From positions 125,736,001-125,800,000 of the forward strand of contig OX597814.1 of the NCBI GenBank assembly GCA_951406725.2: a stretch of DNA of 64,000 nucleotides, read 5' to 3'. The translations under genes and the position numbers were made by a program. Shown one piece after another: positions 12,545-27,825 of the stretch (position 1 is the first letter of the stretch; every line of letters begins with the position of its first letter). The DNA is from Octopus vulgaris (lineage: Eukaryota). Below the pieces are notes generated by a model. That model did no database searches. It was not told the DNA's origin and saw only the letters and a list, made by a program, of their open reading frames with translations.

Positions 12545-12960
12545 TGAATTGAAAATGCTTTGCGTAGGATGTGGGCTGTACCTTGCACTCTATTGAAGTT
12601 TGTAGACAATAGTACGGTTTATATATTTTCTTCACGTTCTTCTTTATCGTACACTGGAGTTCCATTTATTATCGATGCCGTTTTTATTCTCAAGCCTTTC
12701 ACCTTACTTATTGCTACGTCAAAACTCTTGTACTTTGATAGTTCTCAGCCACCTTCCGGAAGAGATTTTAGTTACAAGGGATCAACATTTCTGTCAGAGT
12801 ATAGAGATGATTATGTATTTATAAACTGTTCGACTTGATCACTTTGTCAGTCTGGTAGGCATACCCACTGATTACTAGGGCCAGATTGTTAATCGTCGTC
12901 ATGCATCGTGTTAAGATCATGCCCGGTCAGTTCTCAGTTTTCTCGGGTGGAATGCTTTTG
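12545..12960 (-). pseudogene. R4/Dong-like non-LTR relic, restriction-like endonuclease C-terminus
   Basis: Minus-strand pieces YQTDKVIKSN...ELSKYKSFDVAISK...GTAHILRKAFS match the QTDKxIxxNRPD...EKLSKYKDL...LGTAHILRK consensus of R4-clade ORF ends. Confidence 0.7.
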
Positions 12961-12986
12961 ATAATATTTTATGTAAATACATGCTC

Positions 12987-13038
<52 letters not shown>

Positions 13039-13960
13039 TCATACATACATACATACACACACACACACGCAGACACACATACACACACACACACACACAC
13101 ACAGACAAATACATAGTACATTAAAGAAAAAGTTTACAACGACTTCAAAGTTTTAACTTACTTCCCTTCGTTTAGCGGAAATGAGACAAAACAATTTGTG
13201 TTGTTTTGCCTCATTTTATTTTATCAAAAATGACTGATGTTAAATCTAATATTATTTCGTCAGGGGACCTACGTTTTTATTCTTTTTATTTATTCTTCTT
13301 AATTACTAGCCTTAATCACCACTCCTCTTGCTTTTGCTTTTTCTCCATCTCAGTCACCAAGACTCCACTATGTTTTACCTATTATTATGTCTTCTCACCA
13401 CAGTATAATTTTCTAACAAACCGTATCCAAGAGCTTGTTGACGTCACTATGTCGGCAGTTCTGTCTAAAGACATCAAAACTGCGTAGTCTTGACGAAATA
13501 GCTACTGGGGGGCATATTTCGTTTGTTCTGCATTTTACGTGTTTTTGCCATTCATGAAGACCGTTAAATTCATGACTGCCGATGCACACTTCCAACTCTT
13601 CCCGTACGTTATATAAGTATGTGTATGTGTGTGAATGTATGTATGTTTGTTTATATGTGTGTGTGTATACATACGCACACACACATACACACAAGCAAAC
13701 ACACAAACACACATATGTGTATATGTCGACCAATATTATATGAACTCCAAAAAGCTATAAACTGCGTGGCCAGCTTGATAACGACACTGCGTTGTTGAAG
13801 ATATGGAGTACATATTCTCTGTATTTCATTCCAAGACAAGACTTTATATGTTTTAATCATATTTATATTTCGATATAGCTAACAACTTTATTAACTTTAA
13901 TATCTGCAACCGTTTCTTGTCTGAAAATTTCTTAGCGAAGTTGCTCTACCTTAGACTGTG

Positions 13961-14045
13961 CAGCTTGTTGCTTAACCCCAGGTCAGACCTGATCACGCAG
14001 ACCTGCGATCAAAAGCTTTCAAGTCGAATGACCGTTCCATCTTTC
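13961..14045 (-). mobile_element. Family D short interspersed repeat, 3' part
   Basis: Reverse complement of TTTGATCGCAGGTCTGCGTGATCAGGTCTGACCTGGGGTTAAGCAACAA. Confidence 0.7.
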
Positions 14046-14469
14046 CAGAAATAGTTTATCACATACTATTATTGTTTATGCTCCTGCAGATAATAAATTA
14101 CCAAAACATTTTGAAATAACGTTCGTCAAGATTAGCGTAATTGCAAACTGGGTGAATAGAACAGAATAGAATAGAATAGAAATATATTAACATGCTCGAC
14201 ATGTCTGTTTTATACCTCACACGCACAGACATAGACACAAAGAAAAATAATTCTTCCCAAACCCCTTCTTCGCTAATATATGGAATGAGAAACACAGGAA
14301 TCGTTTCATGAGTTGTAATAGATCACACTTTACAAATGACACTTAAGGATAATCTACTAAACAAATATACAAGTTATACGTTAGGTGTTGCAATAATAGA
14401 TGTTGAGACTGTAAAAGATAATAAAGGCACACCTTACTTCAGAAGTAGAGCTACGTCCTCAGTAGCAGC

Positions 14470-14532
14470 ACTACCACCACCACCACCACCACCACCACTA
14501 CTACCATCATCACCATCGCCATCGCCATCATC

Positions 14533-14601
<69 letters not shown>

Positions 14602-14610
14602 GTCATCAGC
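14470..14610. repeat. (CAC)n/(CAT)n trinucleotide microsatellite
   Basis: Directly visible. Confidence 0.97.
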
Positions 14611-15265
14611 TTTCTAAGTAGGGTGAAATAACTATAATTACAACAACAACATAAAAAAAATGCAACCAGATATTCTATGGAAGCTGGAGAAAACGGTGCT
14701 AACCTCCCTCTCTTCCTTCTCCTTTCTCTTTCATATTTGTTCTTTGTTGCTTTTCTACATTCTACCATTTCTTGCATTTTGATTCTTTAAAGTTGTTTTT
14801 TGTAAAATATGTATAACCATACATACATACGTGTGTATGTGTGTGTACATGTATTTGTGTATCTAGTTTTCAGCTAAAACAAACATGACTTATTTCTTAA
14901 TTCTATTTCACCCTATATTTTTCAGATATTTTAAGTCACTTTACTGTATTTAATCTTATTTCTTACATATTTTTTTTCTGTAAAAAGGAATGTTCTGGAA
15001 AACAGCTTAGGCTAGAAACATTGCCTTTTTGATTGTCTAAACTCTCTTTCAGCGTGTGTATTGGGGTGGTGGTGTATGTGCGAGTATATGGATACATATC
15101 AATGTATGTTGATGTACACCAGTATATATTTATATGTATATTTATAAATATATGTGTGCGTGTGCGTATGCGCGTGTATATATATATATATATATATATG
15201 CGTGTATATATATACACACACACACATGTTTGCATTTTATGTATGCATAAATATGTACGCGAGTG

Positions 15266-15266
<1 letters not shown>

Positions 15267-15308
<42 letters not shown>

Positions 15309-15566
15309 GTAATGATAATAATGATGATGATGATGATAATGATAATAATAAGAACAACAACAACAATAATGAGAACAACAACAACAACAATAATGAGAAC
15401 AACAACAACAACAATAATGAGAACAACAACAACAACAATAATGAGAAGAAGAAAAAGAAGAAGAAGAAGAAGAAGAAGAAGAAGAAGAAGAAGAAGAAGA
15501 AGAAGAAGAAGAAGAAGAAGAAGAAGAAGAAGAAGAAGAAGAAGAAGAAGAAGAAGAAGAAGAAAT
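15267..15566. repeat. Compound (AAT)n-(GAT)n-(AAC)n-(AAG)n microsatellite
   Basis: Directly visible; includes repeated AATAATGAGAACAACAAC higher-order units. Confidence 0.97.
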
Positions 15567-15821
15567 AAAGATGATGATGGTGATTTTATTAACAGTAACA
15601 TCAAAGTTTTGACGGTTGTGACTGGTTCACACAGTTTGAACAAGCCTTGCTCAGCGAAACCTCCAATAAAATTATAAATATTAGACTCAAAGCATCGTCC
15701 TGAGTTCTTTGTTAAGAAACTAGTATCGTTAATTGTATAAGTATGTGAGTGTGTGCGTTATATATATATATATAACGGAGGTGCATCAGCATGGTCGCAG
15801 CTATGAGCTGAAATTACAGCA

Positions 15822-15899
<78 letters not shown>

Positions 15900-15919
15900 C
15901 TGTATGAACTTGTATATTC

Positions 15920-17045
15920 CAAACAATGATAGAGCCAGAGAAACCGGTCAGATGTATATTCTTCGATACAGTTTCACAAGAGGTCTCACATACATGCGTG
16001 GACAATTTTAGAATTTGTGGAAAGCCACATTACATTTATCAGCAAAACTGCTTCGAAAGAGTTAAGCGAAGAGCTTTCTCCCCATGACAGTCTGCTAAGT
16101 ACCGTCAGGATTCGCTAACCAGTATTTTTCGGCACATGCTCATGATCCGCTTCATAAAGAAGTATGACAGCTACAGCCATACAAAATGCGACATGCATAC
16201 TTCTGAGAGGCAAAAAGAGGCCTTCCTCACACATATTCTTACCTGAAAAACATATATAATCCAAACAAATAGACTCGAATATATAAACAGATCGAATATA
16301 TAAACCCCATTCATTTTTTGATATTGTTAAAAGAGCAACGGTTCGCAGCCCATGTCAGCCTTCACATCCCAAAGCTCCTTGCAGGAAAAATAATAAATGT
16401 GCCAAAATGTATGCCAAGAAACTGACAAAAGAAGTTGCCCACTAATGCTGAATTCCTTTGAAATTGCTGAATTCCTTTGAAATATGCCATCAATGTTGAG
16501 TTCTGTCAATCAGTTGAATATGTGGAAATATGTCATCAAGAGGTTTTATGCTGCTATGTAATGTCTTCAAAGATAAAACAAAAATGAAAGCGACCCAGTT
16601 CCAGCTGGGAAAGCACGTTAGCAACAATAAAGAATTCCGGTGCATTCTTTATAATTTCTAATTAATGAACGGCATTAATTGGAAATCCAATTAATGTTGC
16701 TCATTAATTGCGAATCCAAGAAAGCGTACATCTAGAAAATAGACAAAGTCTACTTTACCGAAGAAAATACTTTGCAAAAGACATTCGCTCCCAAAAATAA
16801 AACTGAATGCCTTCTTCAAAAGTACGCTGCTTTAGTCTACAGTAAATTATTTCTACACTTTGACAAGTAAATAATACATAAAAAGTACATATTAACTTGG
16901 CAGCCCTATAAATGACATTTTTAAACACGAGCACTTGAGAAGATTGACCAGTATTCAGCTAAGCCAACAAGAATGTTTTATGTTCATATAATGCTCTATG
17001 ATGTTAGAAACCTAGAACTCTTTGAGGATCTGCATACAAATACAC
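15920..17045 (+). pseudogene. Helitron RepHel relic: HUH Rep endonuclease domain, multiply frameshifted
   Basis: Ordered motifs across frames: GQMYILRYSFTRGLTYM (cf. GxxVILPSSFTGSPRYM), GKP/ITFI, QK-RGLPH-HIL (HUH motif, ~16211-16240), DIVKRATVRSPC..PKAPCRKNNKCAK (cf. HGPCG..P.SPCM...KC.K), INVEFCQSV..KYVIK (Tyr motif), VHLEN..VYFTEEN, ECFYVHIMLYDVRNLELFEDL (cf. ECFYLRLLL..VRGPTSFEDL). Confidence 0.88.
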
Positions 17046-17069
17046 TCATAGAATATATGCGTATAGACG

Positions 17070-17204
17070 CAGACATGGCTGTGCGGTTAAGAAGCTCGCT
17101 TTGCAATTACGTGGTTTCGGGTTCAGTCCCACGACGTAGTACTTTGGACAAGTTTCTTCTACGACCCAAGTTTTGTGAATGGATCTGATCGGCGGAAATC
17201 TGTC

Positions 17205-17285
<81 letters not shown>
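17070..17285 (+). mobile_element. SINE family B 5' part running into (TG)n
   Basis: GGCTGTGCGGTTAAGAAGCTCGCTTTGCAATTACGTGGTTTCGGGTTCAGTCCCAC...CGGAAATCTGTC(TG)n. Confidence 0.75.
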
Positions 17286-17287
<2 letters not shown>

Positions 17288-17772
17288 AATATACACAAAT
17301 ATAAGATATACTACAGTAGTATGTATGCATGTATGCGTGCATGTTTTCGTGTGTGCGTTCAAATATCCGTTAGAATTTCAGAAATATGCCGTTAAAATAT
17401 ATTAACTTTGTTCTAACACCATATTCTGCAATTCAATCCGCCCCCAAGAGGATTTTCCCCACCTCGCAATATATGTCACTTTATACCTGTGTTGCTGTGT
17501 ATACTGTCCCCATGTGAACTAACATGTAGCTGTGCAATGGAGATAGTTCTTATCCTTCGGTGCTATTTAACGTGTTTGTTCAACTTCCTGAAATAATGAA
17601 ATACCTCAAGTGGACGTATAACGAGGGGAAGCGATCCCCTATATACAACATATACCATTGCATTATTTTAGCTCGTTTATTTTTGTATGCATCTGTGTTC
17701 AAGTGTATATATGCATATACGCACACACACAATCAAATACAAACATACAGGTATATACATGTGTGTAAGTTT

Positions 17773-17822
<50 letters not shown>

Positions 17823-19371
17823 GTGTGCATAGATATGAATCTCTAAATGTAGGAGCATGCTTTTATTTTTATCTTTGTTCGATTCAATCATTGTATCGCG
17901 GCCATACTGCAGCACAACCTTGATGTCTAGTTCTATATCATTTATTTTTCTCGAACTGCTAAGTTTGGGATACATACACAAAACAACACCTATAATCATT
18001 TCGTCACACACACACGCATGCGCGCACAAATTAAGTATTTCAGTGCATAATCGATTTTTCTACGTGGGCTATCACGCAGTGCTTAAGAAAAGAACACCGC
18101 AAAATATTGTATTTAGAACTGTATTATGTAAAATATTGTATCCTGCATTCTAACTAATATGGAAACTGGCCTTATAACACAAACAACGAGTGAAGCTTAA
18201 ACCCACGTGGGAGCCATTACATTGAAATTCAAAACAGAAGCTTAATCTTTGGATCTATTCTATCAGGGCTGACCTGGGGTTGCATAACAGCAGCAATAAC
18301 AACAGGTAATGACAATGTAACATAACTGTGTCCTCTCACCAAATCAGTTGGAAGTATTGATTAATTCTCCATAAGCATAGAAATATCCACGGTAATATAT
18401 AACGTTAGAATTACACGTTCTATGCTGCACGTTCATTTTTCTAAGCATTTATAATGTTATGACAGTTGACACCTCCCACTTTATTTAGAGGATAGAAATT
18501 ATCAAACATTGTTGCCAGCAGTATGGAACAAACAAATACAAAGACCCGGTTTTCGGTAATGAGTTAGTGCAAATAATAATAGTTTCGCTCGCTGGAACAA
18601 GGCCAAAGAAATTAGAAGGGAACGGCTACACTTGATTGAATCAAGATTGGTACAAGATTGGTACTTATTTTATTGATTACGAAAGGTATGAATACAGTGT
18701 CATTCGGAGTTATACAGCGTATATGACACGATGAAAAGCAGTCGAGAGATGAACAATAATAGGTTGAAAGCAACATCTGCAACAAAATAAGAGGGCAACA
18801 GGCTTCCATACTTCACTGGATTTGCAATGTATGTATGTAGGGTGTTTATATGTGCGACGTATGTGTTGTGCGTGTGTACGCGCGCATGTCTGTCTCAGGA
18901 GAGAAAGTGAGTGAAAAAAATTAAGTAGGGTATATACGAGAGACAGCTGAAGGTGAAAGAAAGAGTGGGAGCAGAATGAAGCAAATATGATGGAGAAGAG
19001 AATACTAGGCAGACGACACACTGTAAAATGTGACCAATTCAAAGTGCAGATATCACACACGTGACCAACAGACAGGATAACAAAATAACGCAGTTATGTT
19101 TGTCTGTTTATATTTTTATTGTATTCCATAGACTCACACCATTTTAATATTAGATAAGGAATGAATTCGACAAAAATTTGGGGGACAGAAAAAGTAAATA
19201 ATATTGAAACGATGTTGAGTGGAACACGTAATAGCTTCATAAATCAAGTTACAGGAAAAAAGTATTTGACGACCAATTTAAGAGTGAACAAATAATAGAA
19301 TTTGTATTTCTAAAATGAAGTGGGGCTGTGAACACGTTCCCAGATGCCATATTTGTGTGGTTGATATATGC

Positions 19372-19425
<54 letters not shown>

Positions 19426-19554
19426 CATTTCTTTATATATTTTTACTTGGTGCAAATTTTTTTTCTATGTATTCAAGTTTTGGGGGAGAGGGGGCTGGCT
19501 TTCGGTAAGTTCACATTTTTAGGCCTTGGCATACAAAGATAAATGAAATATGAA

Positions 19555-19595
19555 AGAAGAAGAAGAAGAAGAAGAAGAAGAAGAAGAAGAAGAAG

Positions 19596-19639
<44 letters not shown>

Positions 19640-19690
19640 AAACAACAACAACAACAACAAGCACAACAACAACAACGGCAACGGCAACGA
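19555..19690. repeat. (AAG)n-(AAC)n microsatellite
   Basis: Directly visible. Confidence 0.97.
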
Positions 19691-19797
19691 GGACGATAGG
19701 AAGGGGGCGGATAAGATAATTGAAAACAAATTATTTGTCTAGGGAACATTATAAGTAGAATAGTTTGTCCCAGAATAATTTAACAAAATGAACTAAC

Positions 19798-19839
<42 letters not shown>

Positions 19840-20679
19840 GTACGTGTGTTCACATATGTGCTGTACGTATGTTAAGTCAAAGGGTAATAATCTGAACACA
19901 GTACGCAAAAACTTTTAATTTAAATTTTGCCTTAGTTGAAGGAAGAGAAATATATATTTGTATATACATGTGTATATGTGTGGACACATGTCTGCCATAC
20001 GCATATACGCACACGCACAAACACTCATACACACACCCATACACAAATACTTGTCAAAATGCCGCCCCCTATCACTTTTGTCCAATGACTTCTTTCCAGT
20101 GACATATTCTTACGACTCTCTTTCTGCAACTTGTTTTTCCTATGACGTTTTTCTAGAGACTTTTTTCCCTTGGATTAATTTCATTTTGTTATATTTGTTT
20201 CGTTATGATATTGCTGTTCTTTTTAGTTCCTGGTCTACATTGAGTGCGCAGACCTCTCATGAAAAGCCATCCACTCATGACCAACCCATTGTCTTTTTCG
20301 TGTATCTAAAGCAGTATTAGATGTGATCGAACCCCAGACATTGGTGCGTGATTGATAAGAAATTTAGTCGCTATTTCTAGCGAAGTGCATGACCATGTAG
20401 AAAGCTTCTTGGTGGTTCGTCGTTGTGTAAGAGATATGCGGGTGTAGCCTGTGAGCAAATGATTTTATGCGAATGAATTTATGCGAAGTGATATGTGGGT
20501 GGTCTCTGTATGCAAATGAATAGCGAAATGCGCTATTTTGTGTTCTGGTAGATTATTAAGGTTTGTTCGGGAAAGATCTATCAGTCCAGACAGGCCTGAC
20601 GTAATTTATAACAAGTCCACTGGATGTGGTCCATAATGAATATAATGGAATTTAAATGAATCCATAACGGTTTTTTGTA

Positions 20680-21900
<1,221 letters not shown>

Positions 21901-22241
21901 GCGGTAGGGATGGTGAAGAAGCTGTGCGGTGACGGGGAAAGTGGGGAATTAATGGACAAAGGAAAGAGGAAAAAATAACGAGAAAAGAAATAAGAATACA
22001 GACCATAGTCGGTGGCGAAGAATGGTGAAAAGCAACACCAACTCAGTATTGAAACTAAATATTAAATATGTCCATATACATCCATCCATGCATATATACA
22101 TACAAACATACGCATACACGCACTCATATACATATATATGTACATAAGCAAACACACACACACATACACACACATATATATATATATACCAATATAGACA
22201 GATGTGTGTGAGAGTATGCGTGCGTATGCGAGAGAGGGCAA

Positions 22242-22306
<65 letters not shown>

Positions 22307-22774
22307 AGGGTTAGTATTGTAAAAAAAAATCCTTTGTTGAATTCAGATAACATGCAGTTGTTAAATGGTGAATACAAACAATCTATTATCTATACACATT
22401 GATCTTCGGTTTTTCGGCCAGTTAAGATCACAACATACTTGTTATAGTAACAAGTATGTAGCGATCGGTGAAGTAGTTATATTATTGATCAGATCTCAGC
22501 CCAGTGTGTTATGGTGTTTGTCTTCAAACAAGGTTCAATGTGTCTCTGTGTTACTTTAGTAGTATTTCTTTTTGATAGATCAGTTTTTAAATAGCTCACG
22601 CTCTCTCTTTCTCTTTCTCTCTCTTCTCACTCTCTCCTTCTTCTCTTTTTTTCTTTCAATATATTTATATCTATCTTCACCACTCTCTCACTTTCTCTCT
22701 TTCTATCTATCTCTTACATTTCTTACACATAATTGCATGTTTTAACCAGCATGGCTAAGGTCTATATTCTTTTA

Positions 22775-23135
22775 TTCTTTTCATTCATAGGACTGATGGC
22801 ACCGCCTCCAATGCTTTTTCACTAGATTATATCGACGTCAATACTTTGACCGTGCTTATTTTAAGAACCTTGTAAATAGAGGTAGGCTAAGTCATCTTTG
22901 CCGTAAAGGGACGTAACCAGGTGGGAGTAGAACAACTGGAGGTATTTAATACTCGAGATTTTTTTGTTTACTTTTTATTTCTATAAGAATATACGACGAA
23001 GACATGTATAGTGTACAAAATTTCTCTTACAAATGCATTGATCGATCCGAACATATAGAAGGAGACACTTGCTCAAGACGCTATATACTGTGAGATCGAT
23101 CCGGTAACTGTTTAACCTGGCAGCCATAACTGTTC
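22775..23135 (-). mobile_element. Degenerate SINE family B copy
   Basis: Contains GCACCGCCTCC..ATCGAC, GGGACGTAA, ATAGAAGGAGACACTTGCTCAAG and CAGCCAT remnants. Confidence 0.5.
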
Positions 23136-23138
23136 ACA

Positions 23139-23180
<42 letters not shown>

Positions 23181-23469
23181 TACGCACACACACACACACG
23201 ATAACAATTTAGCTCAGCTTTACATTACTTAAAGTTTCGTGAGCGTAGAACACGTCCACATCACCAGATGTTCGAGGACACAATAGAGAGAATTTTCTGG
23301 GGTTTTTTTTTAATTTGTAAAATTTTCTCGATTCTGTCTCCGAACGTTTAATGTACTGCACTTGAAATAAAGCAGAAGTGAGTAAAATTGATATTAAATA
23401 TATGTAACTACAAAGAAATTTGTTGACTGCCACATTCTTTTGTTTTCTTCGCTCACTCGCGGGCGTGTA

Positions 23470-23495
23470 CATATATACATACATACATACATACA

Positions 23496-23529
<34 letters not shown>

Positions 23530-23535
23530 CATACA

Positions 23536-23567
<32 letters not shown>

Positions 23568-23915
23568 GATGTAGATATGTGTGTATATATGAATACATAT
23601 ATATGTATGTATGAACGTATGTATGAACTTGTAACTGTCTCTATATATATGTATATATATGTATATAAATATATATATATATATATATACATACGTACGT
23701 ACATATATACATACATACATACATACGTACGTATGCACTTGTAACTGTCTCTCTATACCTATGTATATATATGTATATATATACATACATACATACATAC
23801 ATACATACATACATACATACATACATACATACATACATACATACATACATACATACATACATGCATACATACATACATATTTACATACATACATACATAC
23901 GTGTGTGTGTGTGTT
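23470..23915. repeat. (TACA)n/(TA)n microsatellite field with an internal duplicated spacer
   Basis: Spacer ACTTGTAACTGTCTCT occurs twice (~23627 and ~23737) within the field. Confidence 0.92.
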
Positions 23916-23989
23916 TTATTATTAATGACTTACAAGACCAGTTCCGTTTCTTTATATTTTTCCAAGCACATTTACATAATGAGACATTT

Positions 23990-24145
23990 CTGCATGGCCA
24001 AGTGATTAGGCAATTAGGCTTTCGACCATTAACTCATGGTTCATAAGGCTCACTTCTCAGTCCGTGAGTTTCATTGTGTTCTTGGGCAAGGTACTTTACT
24101 TCACATTACTGCAGTTCACTCAGCTAGTAAAAATGAGTATTAACG
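23990..24145 (+). mobile_element. SINE family C, degenerate
   Basis: GCATGGCCAAGTGATTAGG...GTGTTCTTGGGCAAGGTACTTTACTTCAC...CAGTTCACTCAGCTAGTAAAAATGAGT. Confidence 0.7.
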
Positions 24146-24751
24146 CCGACAGAGCACCCAACCAGCATCAAATTGGCACGGCAACGTCAACAAATCATTG
24201 CTATGACCGGAAACCTTCAGGTATGCAAAGGGATGCGTACAGCGCAGTCTTATCTTTGTCCTTTTCTCTTAGCATTTACGTAATATTACGAAATTAACAA
24301 CCAGACAAAACCTATTAGAGCACCAACACTTCATGGATTATGAGTAAATACGCATGCGGAATCATTTGCTTTTGTTTAATAAATGAATATTTAGTCTCAT
24401 AATAAAATTATATCCAGTTGTTAGGCAACAGTACTTTCGGTGAATTAAAATGAAGATAACGGTAACTTGTTTCGTTTTAGTCACGAATCTTTAGGATTTG
24501 CTTGTGTGCGCAGACATGACTGAATTATAAAGAATTACTAGATTATTGTAAACGCTTACTGGAGTACGACTACAGCATAGGTTAAGAATAATAAATATGA
24601 ATATACGGAGTTAGATTCACAAGCACACTCTTCTGGGTTCGATCACACCGCTCAGCAACGTATAGAATCAGAATAGCAGAGAGAATTAAGGAAACCGTGT
24701 GAAATACTGTGAAGAGTAGATGGGATAGAAAGGTAAGAAAGGTAGAAAGTT

Positions 24752-24923
24752 AGGCGCGGGAGAGGCTGTGTGGTAAGAAGCTTGCTTACCAACCACATAG
24801 TTCTGGGATCAGTCCCACTGCGTGACACCTTGAGCAGGTGTCTTCTACTATAGCCTCGGGTCGACCAAAGCCTTGTGAGCGTATTTGGTAGACGGAAACT
24901 GAAAGAAGACCGTCGTATATATG

Positions 24924-24980
<57 letters not shown>

Positions 24981-25205
24981 GTGTGTATATTTGTGTGTCT
25001 GTATTTGTCCCCACAACACCGATTGACAACCGTGCAGGTGTATTTACGCCGCCAAACCTAGCGGTTCGGCAAAAGTCATAGATAGAATAAGTACTAGGCT
25101 TACAAAGAATAAGTCCTGGGATCGATTTTTTCGACTAAAGACGGTGCTGCAGCATGGCCGCAGTCAAATGACTGAAACAAGTAAAAGAATAAAAGAATGA
25201 AAGAA
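24752..25205 (+). mobile_element. Full-length SINE family B with internal (TA)/(TG)n
   Basis: GGCTGTGTGGTAAGAAGCTTGCTTACCAACCAC...ACGGAAACTGAAAGAAG.CCGTCGTA[microsat]...CAGCATGGCCGCAGTCAAATGACTGAAACAAGTAAAAGAATAAAAG. Confidence 0.92.
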
Positions 25206-25206
25206 T

Positions 25207-25246
<40 letters not shown>

Positions 25247-25482
25247 ATGTATGTATGTATGTATGTATGTATGTATGTACGTATGTATATTTCTGTTGTT
25301 GTAACAGCAACTACGTTCGTAAAAAATATCATCGTGTTTGTTTCGTACAATACAAATTTTCGACGCTTCTAGTTATAAAAGAAAAACATATTTGCTTGTT
25401 TACATTTATACACATGGTTGTTCTATAATGCTAAACTATTTAACGTCTAATTCGGTGGGTGGAGGGCGGGTTTTCTTAGCAG

Positions 25483-25545
25483 GCAGTTTAGCTTAGTGGT
25501 ATAGGAGTCTCTGAGGGATATGAGTTCGAGTCCCAAAGGCTGGTT
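25483..25545 (+). pseudogene. tRNA-like remnant (box A and box B) with no recognisable anticodon arm
   Basis: TAGCTTAGTGG (box A) and GAGTTCGAGTC (box B); flanks CAGTTT/AGGCTG can pair with G-U. Not an intact tRNA. Confidence 0.35.
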
Positions 25546-25712
25546 GTTGATAATTTTTTTTCCTCTCTGTAAGAGTAATTTATCCAGTATTTCTGCCTTT
25601 CTAACAGCAACTCTGCGTCCGAAAAATATCATCTTTTTGTATCATACAATGCATATTTCGACATTTATAATAATAAAGAAAAAAAAGAAGATATTTATAT
25701 GTTTACGTTTAT

Positions 25713-25823
<111 letters not shown>

Positions 25824-25844
25824 TACATATATATGTATATATGA

Positions 25845-26120
25845 ACAGCCATGGGGTTGCACCTAGAAAGTTCTTCTCCGGGAGAAGACTAGCAGTCACC
25901 CATACACACCAACCTCTCTTCTCCACGCCACCGATGTGAAAGGCGAAGGCTAGTACGGCTTGCACCAGTAACGTCGCAACTCATTTCTACAGCTGAGTTA
26001 ACTGCAGCAACACGAAATAAATTGTCTTGCTCAAGAGCTCAACACAAAGCCAGCTCTAGGAATCGACCTCACTACCTCATGATTCTGAGCCCGACGCTCT
26101 GACCACTGAGCCATGCATCT
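25845..26120 (-). mobile_element. SINE family C
   Basis: Homologous to 5903-6247: CCATGGGGTTGCACCTAGAAAG...CATTTCTACAGCTGAGT...CCGACGCTCTGACCACTGAGCCATGCA. Confidence 0.85.
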
Positions 26121-26133
26121 TGATACACACGCG

Positions 26134-26166
<33 letters not shown>

Positions 26167-27182
26167 AATCTATTTATATTTATATATATATGCATGTTCA
26201 CGTTTTGTTAATACACAGAAACATCTAAGTATACACGTATATGCCAACTCAGTCACATACGTATGTATGTATGTATGTATGTATGTATGTATGTATGTAT
26301 GTATGTATGTATGTATGTATGTATGTATGTATGTATGTATGTATGTATGTATGTATGTATGTATGTTCCGTTAATTGAATACTGCTGGACACGGCTGTAG
26401 GAAGGTATACTGGACATAAAAAGGTCGAAACGATGGTCATCTCTAGTAGACAGTCGATAGAGATTGTCTGGAAGCGTGTGATTTGCGTTGATAACAAAAA
26501 CTGTAACAACGACACCATCAAAAGAATGCTTAGTCACATAGGCAAAAGACCACACATCTTAGGATGGCGAAGAAAATTAAACCGACCTCTTTATATGACT
26601 GGTATTCGTTATCATTGCCCTGGGAGCGATGAAAAGTAAAGTTGACCATTGCAAATATTTGGATAGAGAAAAAGAAATAGATGAATGAAGCACAATACTT
26701 TAGATGTAGGCAGCAATCAAGCAGGTTGCCTCTCTTTCTCTCTCTCTCTCTCTTTCTTTCTCTTTCACTTTCACTTTCTCTTTCTTTCTCTTTCTCTCTC
26801 TTTCTTTCCACTTATATCTGTGTGAGAATGCGTGTGTCTGTGTGAGTGTATGCATATCTGTATGTGTGGTTGCGTGTGTCTAGGTATGTGGTGTGTCTAG
26901 GTGTGTGTGTGTGTGTGTAAATGTGTGTGCTTATGCGTATAGGCGAACAGGAAAAGTCGTTAAAATGTTGTATAGAATACATTGTGATTCATTCCGACAC
27001 AAAGCGGTTCGAGTTCGATTCTCGACGAGGTTAACTTTATTTTTTATCCACTCGAGTTCGATAAATTTAGTACTCGTACGGTACCGGAAACGATCCCCCC
27101 CCTCCTCGCTCTCACGCTTTTTCTCTCTCCCATCCTCTCTCTCTCTCTCCCATTCCCTCTTTCTCTCTTTTTCTTTCTTTCC

Positions 27183-27236
<54 letters not shown>

Positions 27237-27746
27237 CTCACACACACACAAACACACAAACGCTCACACACTCGCTTTTTCTTGCCTTGTCTCTCTCCAC
27301 ATGTCTTTCTTTCAAGAAGCAATCTGCTGTGGTCAAACGTGAAGAATGGTCTCTGCCGGATGTACGTAACTCGACGGCCGGAAATTTGTGACCAGAGTAG
27401 CGAAAATCATGGGTTATGAATGAATGCGTATACGGACAACATAAACAGTAAACTCAATTCACATATTTTAGTCTTGTGTAAATAGACTTCGTGAGTAAAC
27501 TTCGTCGGCTTCGGCAGTTTGAACCGATGATCGAACTGACGAATTCAATCAAAGCGTGTATGATACTTTTAGTGAGTTAGAAACTGAAGAAAAGATTCCT
27601 AGAAGAGCTTCAGTTACCATTTATTGAAAGCGAAGAGTTTTTGCCATTATTTGAGTTTCATGGTCTGCGATCTTTCAGAGTAGTGACCAAAGCATTAGAT
27701 TATGCATAGATGTTCGCGCACTCACACACACGCGCACACACACACG

Positions 27747-27806
<60 letters not shown>

Positions 27807-27825
27807 GTCATCATCATCATCATTT

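Noticed and set aside
16050-16070. AAAGAGTTAA as a piggyBac-like terminus with TTAA target
   Set aside because: It lies inside the Helitron Rep coding relic and has no matching opposite end.
27310-27710. Non-repetitive, CpG-containing island possibly coding or transposase-derived
   Set aside because: The frames I translated contain stops and no motif I could confidently assign; left unclassified.
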